Shown here: in pieces, positions 1 through 9,076 of the stretch
How positions within the stretch are numbered: position 1 is the stretch's first letter
Layout: each line of letters opens with the position of its first letter
Assembly: GCA_964531985.1 (NCBI GenBank)
Contig: CAZHFC010000007.1
Location: 21,194-85,193 of the forward strand
DNA: 64,000 nt
Direction: 5' to 3'
DNA from: an uncultured Bacteroidales bacterium
GTDB lineage: Bacteria; Bacteroidota; Bacteroidia; Bacteroidales; B18-G4
Notes under the pieces: model-generated
The model's database searches: none
What the model was told of the DNA's origin: nothing
What the model saw: the letters and a program-made list of their open reading frames with translations, nothing else
Made by a program: the position numbers and the translations under genes

Positions 1-1
1 G

Positions 2-904
2 CTTGCCGAAGGATATCATGTTATTGCCCTGAAATTTCACCATTATGCTTCAACCATCCTCCGTCATAAAAATATTGAGTATCACGAATGTGATATCCGG
101 AAGGAAATAAATCCACGCTTGGCAGATGTTATTGCCGGCAAACCGGTCCATGCCCTGATCAATGCAGCCGCATTGCTCGGTAGTTCGGATTATCAGAAAA
201 ACTATGATGTTAATGCAAAAGGGGTGGAAAATCTTATCGGCTTTTGCAGGATCAACGGGATCAGGCGTTTTATACAGATCAGCAGTGTGGTGGTGCTCAA
301 GTCGTTCAAAGGCCCCTATGGAGAGACAAAGCTCCGGGGTCAGAAATTTGTGATTTCATCGGGTCTTGATTATACTGTTTTTATCCCTGCCATGATCCTG
401 GGCCCGGAAGGCCTGGGCATCAACCGCATTCTGAAAAATGTTTTCCGGTTCCCGTTTATCGTTCCACTGGTAGGTTATGGGAAACAAACCCAGCACCCGG
501 TTTTCGTAATTGACTTTGCAAAGTATATCGTAAAGTCGCTCAATTCACCTGCTGCCTCGGCGAAAGTCTATCAGATTGCAGGAAATGAAGTGATCCCTTT
601 TCGCGAACTGGTATCAATGGTCTTGAAAATACGTAAGAAAAAAAGGCTGTTTTTGCCTGTTCCACCGGCCCTTGTGAAGGTTCTTGGAAAAGGTTTCCAG
701 CGGTTTCAGAAAGTTCCTCTGTTCACAGCAGAACATGTAAAAGGTGTTTTGCAGAACTCAAAACTTGATACAAAACTGATCAGGGAAGATCTGGACTTTG
801 AGCCCACACCTCTGAAGGAAGCGCTTGAATACAGTCTTTCGGTGATCGGCCGGAACTGGGACGAATATTTGAAGCCCAGGGATGAGAAGATCATTGATAT
901 TTAG
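2..904 (+). CDS. NAD-dependent epimerase/dehydratase family protein (extended SDR), 5' end cut by window edge
   Basis: The frame of ORF 119..904 stays open back to nt 2 (LAEGYHVIALKFHH...), so the ATG at 119 is internal. YGETK matches the SDR YxxxK catalytic motif. Converges on the next gene and overlaps it by 14 nt. Confidence 0.7.
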   Translation, partial: LAEGYHVIALKFHHYASTILRHKNIEYHECDIRKEINPRLADVIAGKPVHALINAAALLGSSDYQKNYDVNAKGVENLIGFCRINGIRRFIQISSVVVLKSFKGPYGETKLRGQKFVISSGLDYTVFIPAMILGPEGLGINRILKNVFRFPFIVPLVGYGKQTQHPVFVIDFAKYIVKSLNSPAASAKVYQIAGNEVIPFRELVSMVLKIRKKKRLFLPVPPALVKVLGKGFQRFQKVPLFTAEHVKGVLQNSKLDTKLIREDLDFEPTPLKEALEYSLSVIGRNWDEYLKPRDEKIIDI

Positions 905-2747
905 GGTCGAAAAACTCAATTTTCAGGTCATCGATCCAGATGCTTTCAGTCCCTTTTTTAAACCACACATATACTTCGAGCTTATCGCCGGCGGATAAAA
1001 GTTCCGGTGTCATATAGTCGGCCCTGACCAGGTTCCACTGGTTCATCTGCAGCCCCACCGTATCGGCGTTCATGCTATAGCCTTTGTACTTATAGTTCTG
1101 GCTGCCGTGGCGGAAGGCGATAACCAGGGCGGCTTCGTTTTCCAGGGGGTCGGCAACGGGATAGATCCAGACGCTGGCCCTGACCCAGCCGTAATAGCTG
1201 TTGCTGATCTCATTGAAGGGCTCGCGGAAGGTTGGGGAGTATTCACGGCCGGGCTCCAGTCTGAACGACATCTTTCCGCTACGGGCGTAGGTGGTGTCGT
1301 AATACTGTTCCTCTCCCGGCTGAGGGGTCTCAAAAGCAAAATGCCGCAAGAGCTTCCTGTTGAAATCTTCTTCGTTTCCGAGTTTTTCCTGTGCCGTGAA
1401 CGGACGCTGCACCAGCATGTATTTCCGGTCTTCTTCGCTTATCTTCGTCTTGAAGAAAATCCGGCAGTAATAGTCTTTTGTCATTCGATAGCCGTCAAGG
1501 ATGCCGTTGTTGAGCTGCCATACCTGGAAAAGGTTGAGCACTGTGAAGAACAGCAGCAGGGCATATACCGCTATGCGGAAAGGCAGACGGCTTTTTTCCA
1601 CGGCGGCGATCAGTAGGGCAAGGGGGATGACCAGCAGGGCATAGAGCTCGATAAAGGCCCGCCAGCCATAGGCCACAAGGCTGGTAAAGCTGGCGATGAG
1701 ATAGGTATGCGCCAGGGTTACCAGCAAAACAGGCAGGAAGGCCTGCTTGTTCTTTTTATAGAGATACCAGAAGCCTGCCACAGCCAGGATCATAACCGGC
1801 GAATAGATAAACAGTCCTTTACGGAAACCGAACAACACATAATAAAAACGCGGGTTCAGCAGGTCGAGGGAGGAGCCGGGGTCATTGTAGGCATTGAAAA
1901 GCCAGCCCCCGGATGCCATCTTCCAGTATGCCAGCTGGGGCAGTACGGCAATGATGCCTGCCAGGACCAGGTACAGCAGGTGCAGGCGGTAGCGCCAAAG
2001 CAGCCCGATTTTATCAATGAGTGTTTGCCTGTTGTACACCCCCCAGAACACCGGTACGGCCAGCATGATCACCTCCGATATGCGTGAGATCACGGCCAGG
2101 CCGAGTACCAGGCCAAGCAGGATGGCGTGCACTGGCCGCCGGCTCTCATGCCAGCGCAGGCTCAGCCAGATAATGAGCACGTTCAGCGTGAAGGCATAAA
2201 CATGCGGGACATCGTTGCCGTAAGTGATGAAAAAGAAAAAGTTGGACGAAATACATAATATGGCCAGGGTGATGGCCGCCACGCGGTCGCTCACAAAACG
2301 CAGCAATACCTTCCGCAGGAAGACAAGCCCTACAATGGTGTAAAAGAGCCCGCAAAGGATGATGGCCCACTGGTAGGGATCCGAAAAGCCGTCGGCAAGG
2401 TCGATCTCGCTCAGGGAAGCATAGGCATGGCCTGCCAGGAAAAACGGCGACATCATGATGGCCATCCCGGGCGTGAAACGAATCACATTGGTGCCCATAT
2501 GGGTGGGCGCAAGCTGATAGAGCGTGGCAGTATTGTTATAGGTGGCATTGATCTCTTCGATCCAGCGCACATCCCTGATGCCCGGATCATCGTAAATGAA
2601 AGTGGCCGGAAGATAAAGGTAAAAACCAAAAGTGTCCCACGAAAGGATATTGTGCTGCGGGTTTCTGAGCTTGATCACCGAAATGGTCAGAATGATCAGC
2701 ACCAGCGTGATCAGCGATACAGGTGATTTAAACTGTTTGAAATCCAT
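891..2747 (-). CDS. Polytopic membrane protein, GT-C-like (ArnT/PMT-like) glycosyltransferase candidate with a C-terminal soluble beta-sandwich/CBM-like domain
   Basis: 618 aa with an ATG start. About 430 aa contain many hydrophobic helices, with an acidic first loop (SWDTFGFYLYLPATFIYDDPG). A roughly 190-aa hydrophilic tail ends ...ESIWIDDLKIEFF, typical of carbohydrate-binding modules. Lies 13 nt downstream of a GT2 gene. Confidence 0.5.
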   Translation of the reverse strand: MDFKQFKSPVSLITLVLIILTISVIKLRNPQHNILSWDTFGFYLYLPATFIYDDPGIRDVRWIEEINATYNNTATLYQLAPTHMGTNVIRFTPGMAIMMSPFFLAGHAYASLSEIDLADGFSDPYQWAIILCGLFYTIVGLVFLRKVLLRFVSDRVAAITLAILCISSNFFFFITYGNDVPHVYAFTLNVLIIWLSLRWHESRRPVHAILLGLVLGLAVISRISEVIMLAVPVFWGVYNRQTLIDKIGLLWRYRLHLLYLVLAGIIAVLPQLAYWKMASGGWLFNAYNDPGSSLDLLNPRFYYVLFGFRKGLFIYSPVMILAVAGFWYLYKKNKQAFLPVLLVTLAHTYLIASFTSLVAYGWRAFIELYALLVIPLALLIAAVEKSRLPFRIAVYALLLFFTVLNLFQVWQLNNGILDGYRMTKDYYCRIFFKTKISEEDRKYMLVQRPFTAQEKLGNEEDFNRKLLRHFAFETPQPGEEQYYDTTYARSGKMSFRLEPGREYSPTFREPFNEISNSYYGWVRASVWIYPVADPLENEAALVIAFRHGSQNYKYKGYSMNADTVGLQMNQWNLVRADYMTPELLSAGDKLEVYVWFKKGTESIWIDDLKIEFFDPKYQ

Positions 2748-2760
2748 GATCTGTGCTTGT

Positions 2761-3513
2761 TTATGGTTGACCGGGCTTTTTGCCGGGCTCTTTGAGGTAT
2801 TTCCTGCTCCAGATATTGTATTTCAGGATGCACCAGATGGCGCGGAAGCCGTCGCTGGCGCCAATCTTCTTGCCTTCGTCATAGGTCCTGCCGTAATAGG
2901 AAATGCCTACTTCATAGATCCGGATGCCCGGAAAACGGGAAATTTTGGCCGTAACCTCTGGCTCAAAACCGAAACGTCTTTCATGGAATCGGATCTTCTT
3001 CAGGTAATCGGCCCTGAACAGTTTATAACAGGTTTCCATATCGGACAGGTTCAGGTTGGTGAACATATTCGACAGGAAGGTGAGGAATTTGTTGCCGATG
3101 GAGTGCCAGAAGAAGAGGATACGGTGCGGTGTGCCACCCATGAAGCGTGAACCGTATACCACATCGGCCTGGCCGGCGATAACGGGCCTGAGCAGGATAT
3201 TGTATTCTTCCGGATCGTACTCCAGGTCGGCATCCTGGATGATGATATAATCGCCCGTGGCCTCTTCAATGCCCCGGTGAAGTGCAGCTCCCTTTCCCAT
3301 GTTGACAGGCTGTTCGAAAAACTTAATGTCATCTTCGGGATGCCTGCCGGTGTATTCCTTCACAACTTCCGCTGTTGCATCGGTGGAGCAGTCGTTTACG
3401 ATGATGATCTCCCGGGTGAACCCGCCGCTAAGCTTTACCGCAAGCACCTTGTCGAGGATCAGGTGGATGGTTTTTTCTTCATTGTAGGCAGGAATGATAA
3501 CAGAAAGCTTCAT
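2761..3513 (-). CDS. Glycosyltransferase family 2 (polyprenyl-phosphate sugar synthase-like, soluble type)
   Basis: [16 protein letters not shown]..., IIVNDCSTD and [15 protein letters not shown] (DxD) motifs. The track start at 3540 is a TTG; the ATG at 3513 gives the canonical GT2 N-terminus. Confidence 0.8.
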   Translation of the reverse strand: MKLSVIIPAYNEEKTIHLILDKVLAVKLSGGFTREIIIVNDCSTDATAEVVKEYTGRHPEDDIKFFEQPVNMGKGAALHRGIEEATGDYIIIQDADLEYDPEEYNILLRPVIAGQADVVYGSRFMGGTPHRILFFWHSIGNKFLTFLSNMFTNLNLSDMETCYKLFRADYLKKIRFHERRFGFEPEVTAKISRFPGIRIYEVGISYYGRTYDEGKKIGASDGFRAIWCILKYNIWSRKYLKEPGKKPGQP

Positions 3514-3594
3514 GGCCGCTGATTCGTGAATAAGTTTCAAATGTAAGAATTATCATGCGAATATAAGGAAGCTGCCGGGTGTTTGCCGAAAAAA

Positions 3595-5658
3595 TTATTC
3601 GGAGGGAGGGTGCTTTTTGGCTTTTAGCAGGTTGATGCCTTCTTCCACCAGCATATTCACAGTATTTTCCTTCATAAAGGATTCGATGGGCCATTCGATG
3701 CCGAATTCTTTATTCACATCCCGCTCGAGGCTTACGGCAGTGATGGAATCGAGCCCATAGGCCGATACGGCTTTGTCGGGGTCGATCTTCCCGGGGTCGA
3801 CCTTTAGTTTTTGCGATATCCAGTGGATCAGCCACTCGCGGAGGTACCCGGGCCGGAATCCTATCTCAGAGGCAAGTTCATCTGTTATGGCCGGCATCTT
3901 CCATGAAGCCACCATTTTAAGTTCATTTTCCTGCCAGGCTCTTTTCACGGCAAAGCGCTGGATCTTGCCACTGGATGTTTTTAAAATGCTGCCGGTACGG
4001 ATGAGCGACAATGCATGGGGCTGGATGCCGTATTCCGAAAAGATGGCCTGCCTGGCGGCTTCAAACACCTCATCGTGCTTGTCCGTATTCATGAAGGCGC
4101 GCTCTGTTTCCATCACCACCACGAGCTTTTCCCCCTCCCCGCTGTCGATGGAAAAGGCTGCGCTGGCATTCTTCCTGATCGCCGGGTGACAGCCCTCGGC
4201 GCAATGTTCTATGTCGTTGGGGAAGTAGTTCGCACCCCTGATGATGATCAGGTCTTTGCGGCGGCCGCTGATAAAGAGTTGACCGTGGCTGATGAAGCCC
4301 AGGTCGCCGGTGCGCAGCCAGGGCCCGTCATGGGTTCCGGCGATACGGGCATTGAAGGTTTCTTCCGTTTCCTGCGGCTTGTTCCAGTAGCCCTGGGCAA
4401 CGGAAGGGCCGCTGACCCATACCTCGCCAAGCATGCCGGCTGCTGAAGGTATTCTGGTAACGGGGTCGACAATGGCCACGCGCATGCCCAGCCAGGGGTA
4501 TCCGCAGGCGGTCAGCACACGGCTTTCCCTGCCTGAAGTGACGGAAAGCACCCTGTTCTCTTCCAGGGCCCTGGCATCGACCTCTGTGTACAGGGGTGCT
4601 GCCAGGTAATTGCCCCCGGTGACGATCAGCACCGATTCGGCCATGCCGTAACAGGGATAGAACTGTGCAGGCCTGAACCCCGAAGGCTTGAATTTTGCCG
4701 CAAACTCCTGCAGGGTTTCACGGCGTATCGGCTCGGCCCCGCAATACAGCGTACGCAACCCGCCAAGGTCAAACTGCGGGATGTCTTCATCCGCCACTTT
4801 TTCGATGCTGTAGTCGAAGGCAAAATTCGGACCGCCTCCGGTAGTGGCCCCGTAACGGCTCATGGACAGAAACCAGTTGGATGGATTTTTCAGGAAGCTG
4901 AGCGGCGGGATGATCACGTTGGAAGCACCCAGGTAGGCAGCCTGTATCAGGCAGCCGATCAGCCCCATGTCATGGAAGTTGGGGAGCCAGTTCACACCAA
5001 CCGAGTTTTCGTCAAAACCGAATGATTGCCTGATGCATTCCGAGTTATGGATGATGTTGGCATGGCTCACCATCACCCCGTTGGGGGTGCCCGTCGAACC
5101 TGAAGTGTATTGCAGCAAGGCAATATCGTTGCCCGATATGCCGGGGTCGGCCCATTTTTCCGCCAGGGATTCATCCATCTCCTCGTAAACCAGCATCTGC
5201 ATCCCTTCCGGGTAGCCTTCCGTTGAATGGTATTCCAGCAGTTCGGCATGGATGCCGGCGGTGCTGATGAGAAAGGCCGGGGATGAATCCTGAACGATCG
5301 ACCTGAAACGTTCGTTGGCCTTGTTCCTTTTTGGGGGATAGGCCGGCACGGCGATCATGCCGGCAAAGTGGCAGGCAAAAAAAGTCGTGATAAACTCAAT
5401 CCCCGTCGGGAATAACAGCAACACCCTGTCGCCCTTATTCCCCTTTTCCATGAGCACACAGGCTATGGCTTTGGCCCTGGCAACGAGGGCGGCATATGTG
5501 ATGCTGTCTTTTTCGTTCAGGCCGTCTTCAAGCAGGATGTAAACCACCTTGCCGGGCTGGTTCTTTTCGTGCTGCAGAAGCCGTTCTGCCATGGTGCCGG
5601 CCGGTAGAACGGTGCCCTCCATCGATGAGCCGAGATATTGCGGATAAGGTTTGTCCAT
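3595..5658 (-). CDS. Fatty acyl-AMP ligase (FAAL) fused to a C-terminal acyl/peptidyl carrier domain
   Basis: Adenylation motifs LQYTSGSTGTPNGV and GDLG. FAAL-type WLPNFHDMGLIG and AVPAYPPKRNK segments. The C-terminal 80 aa carries the phosphopantetheine site YGLDSITAVSL. Confidence 0.85.
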   Translation of the reverse strand: MDKPYPQYLGSSMEGTVLPAGTMAERLLQHEKNQPGKVVYILLEDGLNEKDSITYAALVARAKAIACVLMEKGNKGDRVLLLFPTGIEFITTFFACHFAGMIAVPAYPPKRNKANERFRSIVQDSSPAFLISTAGIHAELLEYHSTEGYPEGMQMLVYEEMDESLAEKWADPGISGNDIALLQYTSGSTGTPNGVMVSHANIIHNSECIRQSFGFDENSVGVNWLPNFHDMGLIGCLIQAAYLGASNVIIPPLSFLKNPSNWFLSMSRYGATTGGGPNFAFDYSIEKVADEDIPQFDLGGLRTLYCGAEPIRRETLQEFAAKFKPSGFRPAQFYPCYGMAESVLIVTGGNYLAAPLYTEVDARALEENRVLSVTSGRESRVLTACGYPWLGMRVAIVDPVTRIPSAAGMLGEVWVSGPSVAQGYWNKPQETEETFNARIAGTHDGPWLRTGDLGFISHGQLFISGRRKDLIIIRGANYFPNDIEHCAEGCHPAIRKNASAAFSIDSGEGEKLVVVMETERAFMNTDKHDEVFEAARQAIFSEYGIQPHALSLIRTGSILKTSSGKIQRFAVKRAWQENELKMVASWKMPAITDELASEIGFRPGYLREWLIHWISQKLKVDPGKIDPDKAVSAYGLDSITAVSLERDVNKEFGIEWPIESFMKENTVNMLVEEGINLLKAKKHPPSE

Positions 5659-5672
5659 GTGTTGATGTCAGA

Positions 5673-7154
5673 TTAAGTTCCCTTCCCGGCATTTCCGATA
5701 CCTGCGAATATTTCGGGGAATACACACTTCACATCCAGTATCTCGGCCCTGCCTTCGAAGCAGAAATTGCGCATATGCATGTTGGAAGAGAATGCCCAGG
5801 CGGCGGTGGTGGCATTTTGGGTGAGTTTCAGCGTATTCAGGAATTTCTTTTTCAGTGTTTTTACATTATACAATCTTTCCCAGTTCTCATATACGGCTTC
5901 CTCAAAGGTTTCGGGGCTCATTCTTTGCGGCTTGTAAACAACCTCCGCATAATTGTACCTTTCCCAGTCGGCAGGATAATTGGTATAAAGCAGCCTGCCT
6001 TCGTCCCTTAACCTGTTATACAGGGCGGTGCCGGGCAGGGGCGTAAGGATGGATGCCTGCATGATGTCGATGTCGGAATTCAGGATATAGCTGGTCCGGT
6101 TGTACAATGTTTCCGGCGTATCCCTGTCGAGACCGAAGATAAAGGCCCCGATCACGGCAAGTTCATATTTGTGTAATTTCCGGTAAACTTCTTCGTAGCG
6201 GTCTACTCCCAGCCTGAGGTTAACCTTTTTGTTCATCTGCTCAAGCTGGTCGATCAGTTCCGATTCAATGCCGAGGAAGATCGTTTTGCATCCGCTTCTG
6301 GCAGCCCATTCGAGCAGTTCCTCGTCTTCGCCGATGTTCATGGAAGCCGATCCGGCCCAATGCTTTTGCACCCCGCTCCGGGCTACGCCCTTAAAGAAAT
6401 CCAGTGCGTGCTGGCGGGCGGCCTTGCTGTAGCCCACAAAATTGTCGTCGACAATGTAAACCCGGTCTTTCTGAAGGTTTATGAAGTCATCGACCGACCT
6501 TTCGACCGAGCGCAGCCTGTATTTGCTCCCGTTAAAGGTATGCACCGAGCAAAACTCACATTTCATGGGGCATCCGCGGGTGGTTTGCATGCTGCTGAAT
6601 TCATAGCCCGGGTGGAAAAGGTCCTGCCTGGCCGAAGGCGAATCAACGATGGAGGGCAGTTTCGGACGGTAAATGTCGCGCAGCCGGTTGTTCTCAACAT
6701 CCCTGATCACCTCCTCCCATATTCCTTCGGCTTCGCCAACCACTACGGAGTCGACGTAGCGCAGGGCTTCCTGTGGCAACATGGAGGCATGGATGCCGCC
6801 GATCACCGTCGGGATCTTGTTTTTTCTGTATTCCGTGGCAATCTCATAGCACCGGTTTACCGTGGCCGTCAGTGAGGTGAAGCCAACCAGGTCGGCATCC
6901 GTATATTCGAAAGGGGTAAAATTTTCGTCGATGATCTCCACTTCCCAGTTTGGTGGCGTGAGGGCCGCAATGATGCCCAGGGCGATGGGGGGATAGATGG
7001 AGCCCTTGTCGAGCATGAGCCCTTTCCGCCGGCTATTGACGGGGTTGACCAGAAGCAGCTTATATGATCTTTTCTTTTTGTTCACGCTTATCCCGGAATT
7101 GCGGGCGTTTTTACCTGAAAGGGCTTGCCAGCAACAAATCGCGGCTGTTTTCAT
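5673..7154 (-). CDS. Cobalamin (B12)-binding domain radical SAM protein, paralog 1 (DUF4070-type C-terminus)
   Basis: N-terminal B12-binding-like Rossmann segment (DLVGFTSLTA...VIGGIHASMLPQEA). CxxxCxxC cluster motif TTRGCPMKCEFCSVHTF. C-terminal TPLPGTALYNRLRDEGRL. The ATG at 7154 overlaps the upstream gene by 44 nt; a GTG at 7085 (VNKKKRSYKLLLVNP) aligns better with the paralog N-termini. Confidence 0.85.
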   Translation of the reverse strand: MKTAAICCWQALSGKNARNSGISVNKKKRSYKLLLVNPVNSRRKGLMLDKGSIYPPIALGIIAALTPPNWEVEIIDENFTPFEYTDADLVGFTSLTATVNRCYEIATEYRKNKIPTVIGGIHASMLPQEALRYVDSVVVGEAEGIWEEVIRDVENNRLRDIYRPKLPSIVDSPSARQDLFHPGYEFSSMQTTRGCPMKCEFCSVHTFNGSKYRLRSVERSVDDFINLQKDRVYIVDDNFVGYSKAARQHALDFFKGVARSGVQKHWAGSASMNIGEDEELLEWAARSGCKTIFLGIESELIDQLEQMNKKVNLRLGVDRYEEVYRKLHKYELAVIGAFIFGLDRDTPETLYNRTSYILNSDIDIMQASILTPLPGTALYNRLRDEGRLLYTNYPADWERYNYAEVVYKPQRMSPETFEEAVYENWERLYNVKTLKKKFLNTLKLTQNATTAAWAFSSNMHMRNFCFEGRAEILDVKCVFPEIFAGIGNAGKGT

Positions 7155-8529
7155 CCAGCCCGAAAATGTCTTCTATGTTCTTCCCCGGCCTTTCGCCCTC
7201 ATACACCATGTTGTGATATTGCAGGTTGGAACCATACGACCAGATGGCCGCCAGCGGGCTGCGGGTCTGTTTCAGCGTCCGCAAAAACTTTTTCTTCAAT
7301 ATGTGGTCGTTATACAGCGCCTCCCAGTTCTTTCTCATCTCCCTGGCAAAGACTTCCGCCGTCATATTCCTGTGTGCAAACACCATTTCAACAAAGTCGT
7401 ATTTCTGCCAGTCGGAAGGGAAATCACGGTGTGCCACCTTCCCTTCTTTCATCATCCTGTTGTATAGCCCGGTGCCGGGAAGCGGGGTGAGCACGGTGGC
7501 CTGTACGGCGTCGATACTGGCATTGTTGATGTACTCAGTGCGCTGTGCCATGGTTTCGGGCGTGTCGCTCTCAAGACCGTATATGAAGGCACCCAAAACG
7601 CTGATGCCGTATTTGTGGATCTTGTCAAAAACCGCTTCGTAATGGTCAATTCCGATGCGGATGTTAAGCTTTTTATTGGTTTCTTCCAGTTGCTCGATCC
7701 TTTCAGATTCGATGCCAAGCAGTACCATCACGCAGCCGGCCCGGGCAGCCAGGCTCAGCACTTCTTCATTGTTGGCAAAGTTCATGGAAGCCGAACAGAA
7801 CCACTGCTTTTTGATGCCCCTTTCGATCATACCCCGGAACAAGGCAATGGCGCGGCGTTCCGACCGTTTTCCATAGCCAATGAGGTTGTCGTCGACAAAA
7901 TAGATCTTTTCGTGCGGGATGCTTTCAAGCTCGTCAAGGACTTCCTCAACGGGCCTTTCGCGGTATTTGTCGCCGTTAAAGGTGTGTACCGAACAAAAAT
8001 CGCACATCATCGGGCAGCCGCGCGTTGTTTGTATGCTTGCAAACTGGTAGCTTTTATGAAACAGATGACGGGCCGGGTAAACGGCATTTTTAAAAGGAAG
8101 GAGTTTGCCCTTGTAAATGCTTTTCATTTTACCCTGCTCAAAGTCGCTGATCAGCTCCGCCCATACGCTTTCCGCCTCACCCGTAACCACCGTGTCGACA
8201 TATTGCCCGGCTTCCTGCGGCATCATCGACGCATGGATGCCCCCCAGCACCGTGGCAATTCCCTTTTCACGGTATACCGCCGCCAGTTCATAGGCCCTGG
8301 CCACCCCTGATGTGAGGGCGGTGATGCCTACCAGGTCGGCTTCACGGTAAGAGAAACGATCGAAATTCTCATCCAGGATCTCTACTTCCCAGTGCTCCGG
8401 CGTGAGCGCTGCCACAATGCCAAGCCCGATCGGGGGGTAGATCACATGGCTGTGAAGGATGAGACCCTGCCGCTTCGTGCTCAGCGGGTTGATGAGCAAA
8501 AGTTTTTTCCTGTTCCCTTTAGTTGACAT
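7111..8529 (-). CDS. Cobalamin (B12)-binding domain radical SAM protein, paralog 2
   Basis: Same architecture as paralog 1: DLVGITALTS...LGGIHASMMPQEA, TTRGCPMMCDFCSVHTF, TPLPGTGLYNRMMKEGKV. The track start at 8538 is a TTG; the ATG at 8529 (MSTKGNRKKLLLINP) is preferred. Confidence 0.85.
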   Translation of the reverse strand: MSTKGNRKKLLLINPLSTKRQGLILHSHVIYPPIGLGIVAALTPEHWEVEILDENFDRFSYREADLVGITALTSGVARAYELAAVYREKGIATVLGGIHASMMPQEAGQYVDTVVTGEAESVWAELISDFEQGKMKSIYKGKLLPFKNAVYPARHLFHKSYQFASIQTTRGCPMMCDFCSVHTFNGDKYRERPVEEVLDELESIPHEKIYFVDDNLIGYGKRSERRAIALFRGMIERGIKKQWFCSASMNFANNEEVLSLAARAGCVMVLLGIESERIEQLEETNKKLNIRIGIDHYEAVFDKIHKYGISVLGAFIYGLESDTPETMAQRTEYINNASIDAVQATVLTPLPGTGLYNRMMKEGKVAHRDFPSDWQKYDFVEMVFAHRNMTAEVFAREMRKNWEALYNDHILKKKFLRTLKQTRSPLAAIWSYGSNLQYHNMVYEGERPGKNIEDIFGLDENSRDLLLASPFR

Positions 8530-8795
8530 GCCCGCCAAAGTTAATCATATTATGTTTAACAAAGCCCCCGGACCCATACAGACTGCATACTTATATCTGT
8601 TTAAACCAATCGGTCAGTTGTTTGTTCAGTTAACGGGGTTTGAAAGTTTCGCGAAGCGATGAAACTGCTGCGATGCCCGCTTTGTCATGGTTTTATCTCC
8701 GGCACCGTACATGGCTGCTCCACATCCCGAAACCGTGAGAAGCGGTCATCCTGATAATTATTTTCCACTTAAATGGCTTTCAAACAGAAAAAACG

Positions 8796-8803
8796 TAATT
8801 TTG
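8796..8803 (+). promoter_or_regulatory. Candidate Bacteroidota -7 promoter box (TAATTTTG = TAnnTTTG) for the ACP-KASIII-SDR-GT2 unit
   Basis: Exact match to TAnnTTTG, 22 nt upstream of the ATG at 8826, inside the 296-nt divergent intergenic region. Confidence 0.4.
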
Positions 8804-8825
8804 CGCTAAACTGATCAAATTGAAA

Positions 8826-9068
8826 ATGATTGGCATCGAAGAATTCATTAAAAAGGTAGAAGAGGAGTTCGAGGACATGGAACCCGGTAAGCTGAAGCCC
8901 CATAGTGTGATCAGGGAACACTTTACCTGGGATTCGATCAGCGCGCTCATATTCATCGCACACGTGAATGTTGAATATGATGTGGTGATCACCGCCGATG
9001 ACCTGGTGAACTCCGAAACGGTGCAGGACCTTTATAACCTGGTTATGTCCAGGGCACAAGCTGCATAA
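8826..9068 (+). CDS. Stand-alone acyl carrier protein-like protein
   Basis: 80 aa, acidic, four-helix-sized, with candidate phosphopantetheine serine in FTWDSISALIF (DSx motif at the start of helix II). Ends 8 nt upstream of KASIII. The track start at 8820 is a TTG; the ATG is at 8826. Confidence 0.7.
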   Translation: MIGIEEFIKKVEEEFEDMEPGKLKPHSVIREHFTWDSISALIFIAHVNVEYDVVITADDLVNSETVQDLYNLVMSRAQAA

Positions 9069-9076
9069 TCCTCTAT

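Noticed and set aside
5673-9068. RiPP interpretation of the locus (B12-rSAMs modifying a ribosomal precursor peptide)
   Set aside because: I found no small precursor-like ORF with a leader/core pattern next to the rSAM genes. The only small gene (8826-9068) has an ACP-like DSx serine context and sits in an ACP-KASIII-KR cassette. No protease, cyclodehydratase or RiPP-recognition-element gene is present. Lipid or glycan tailoring fits the neighbours better.
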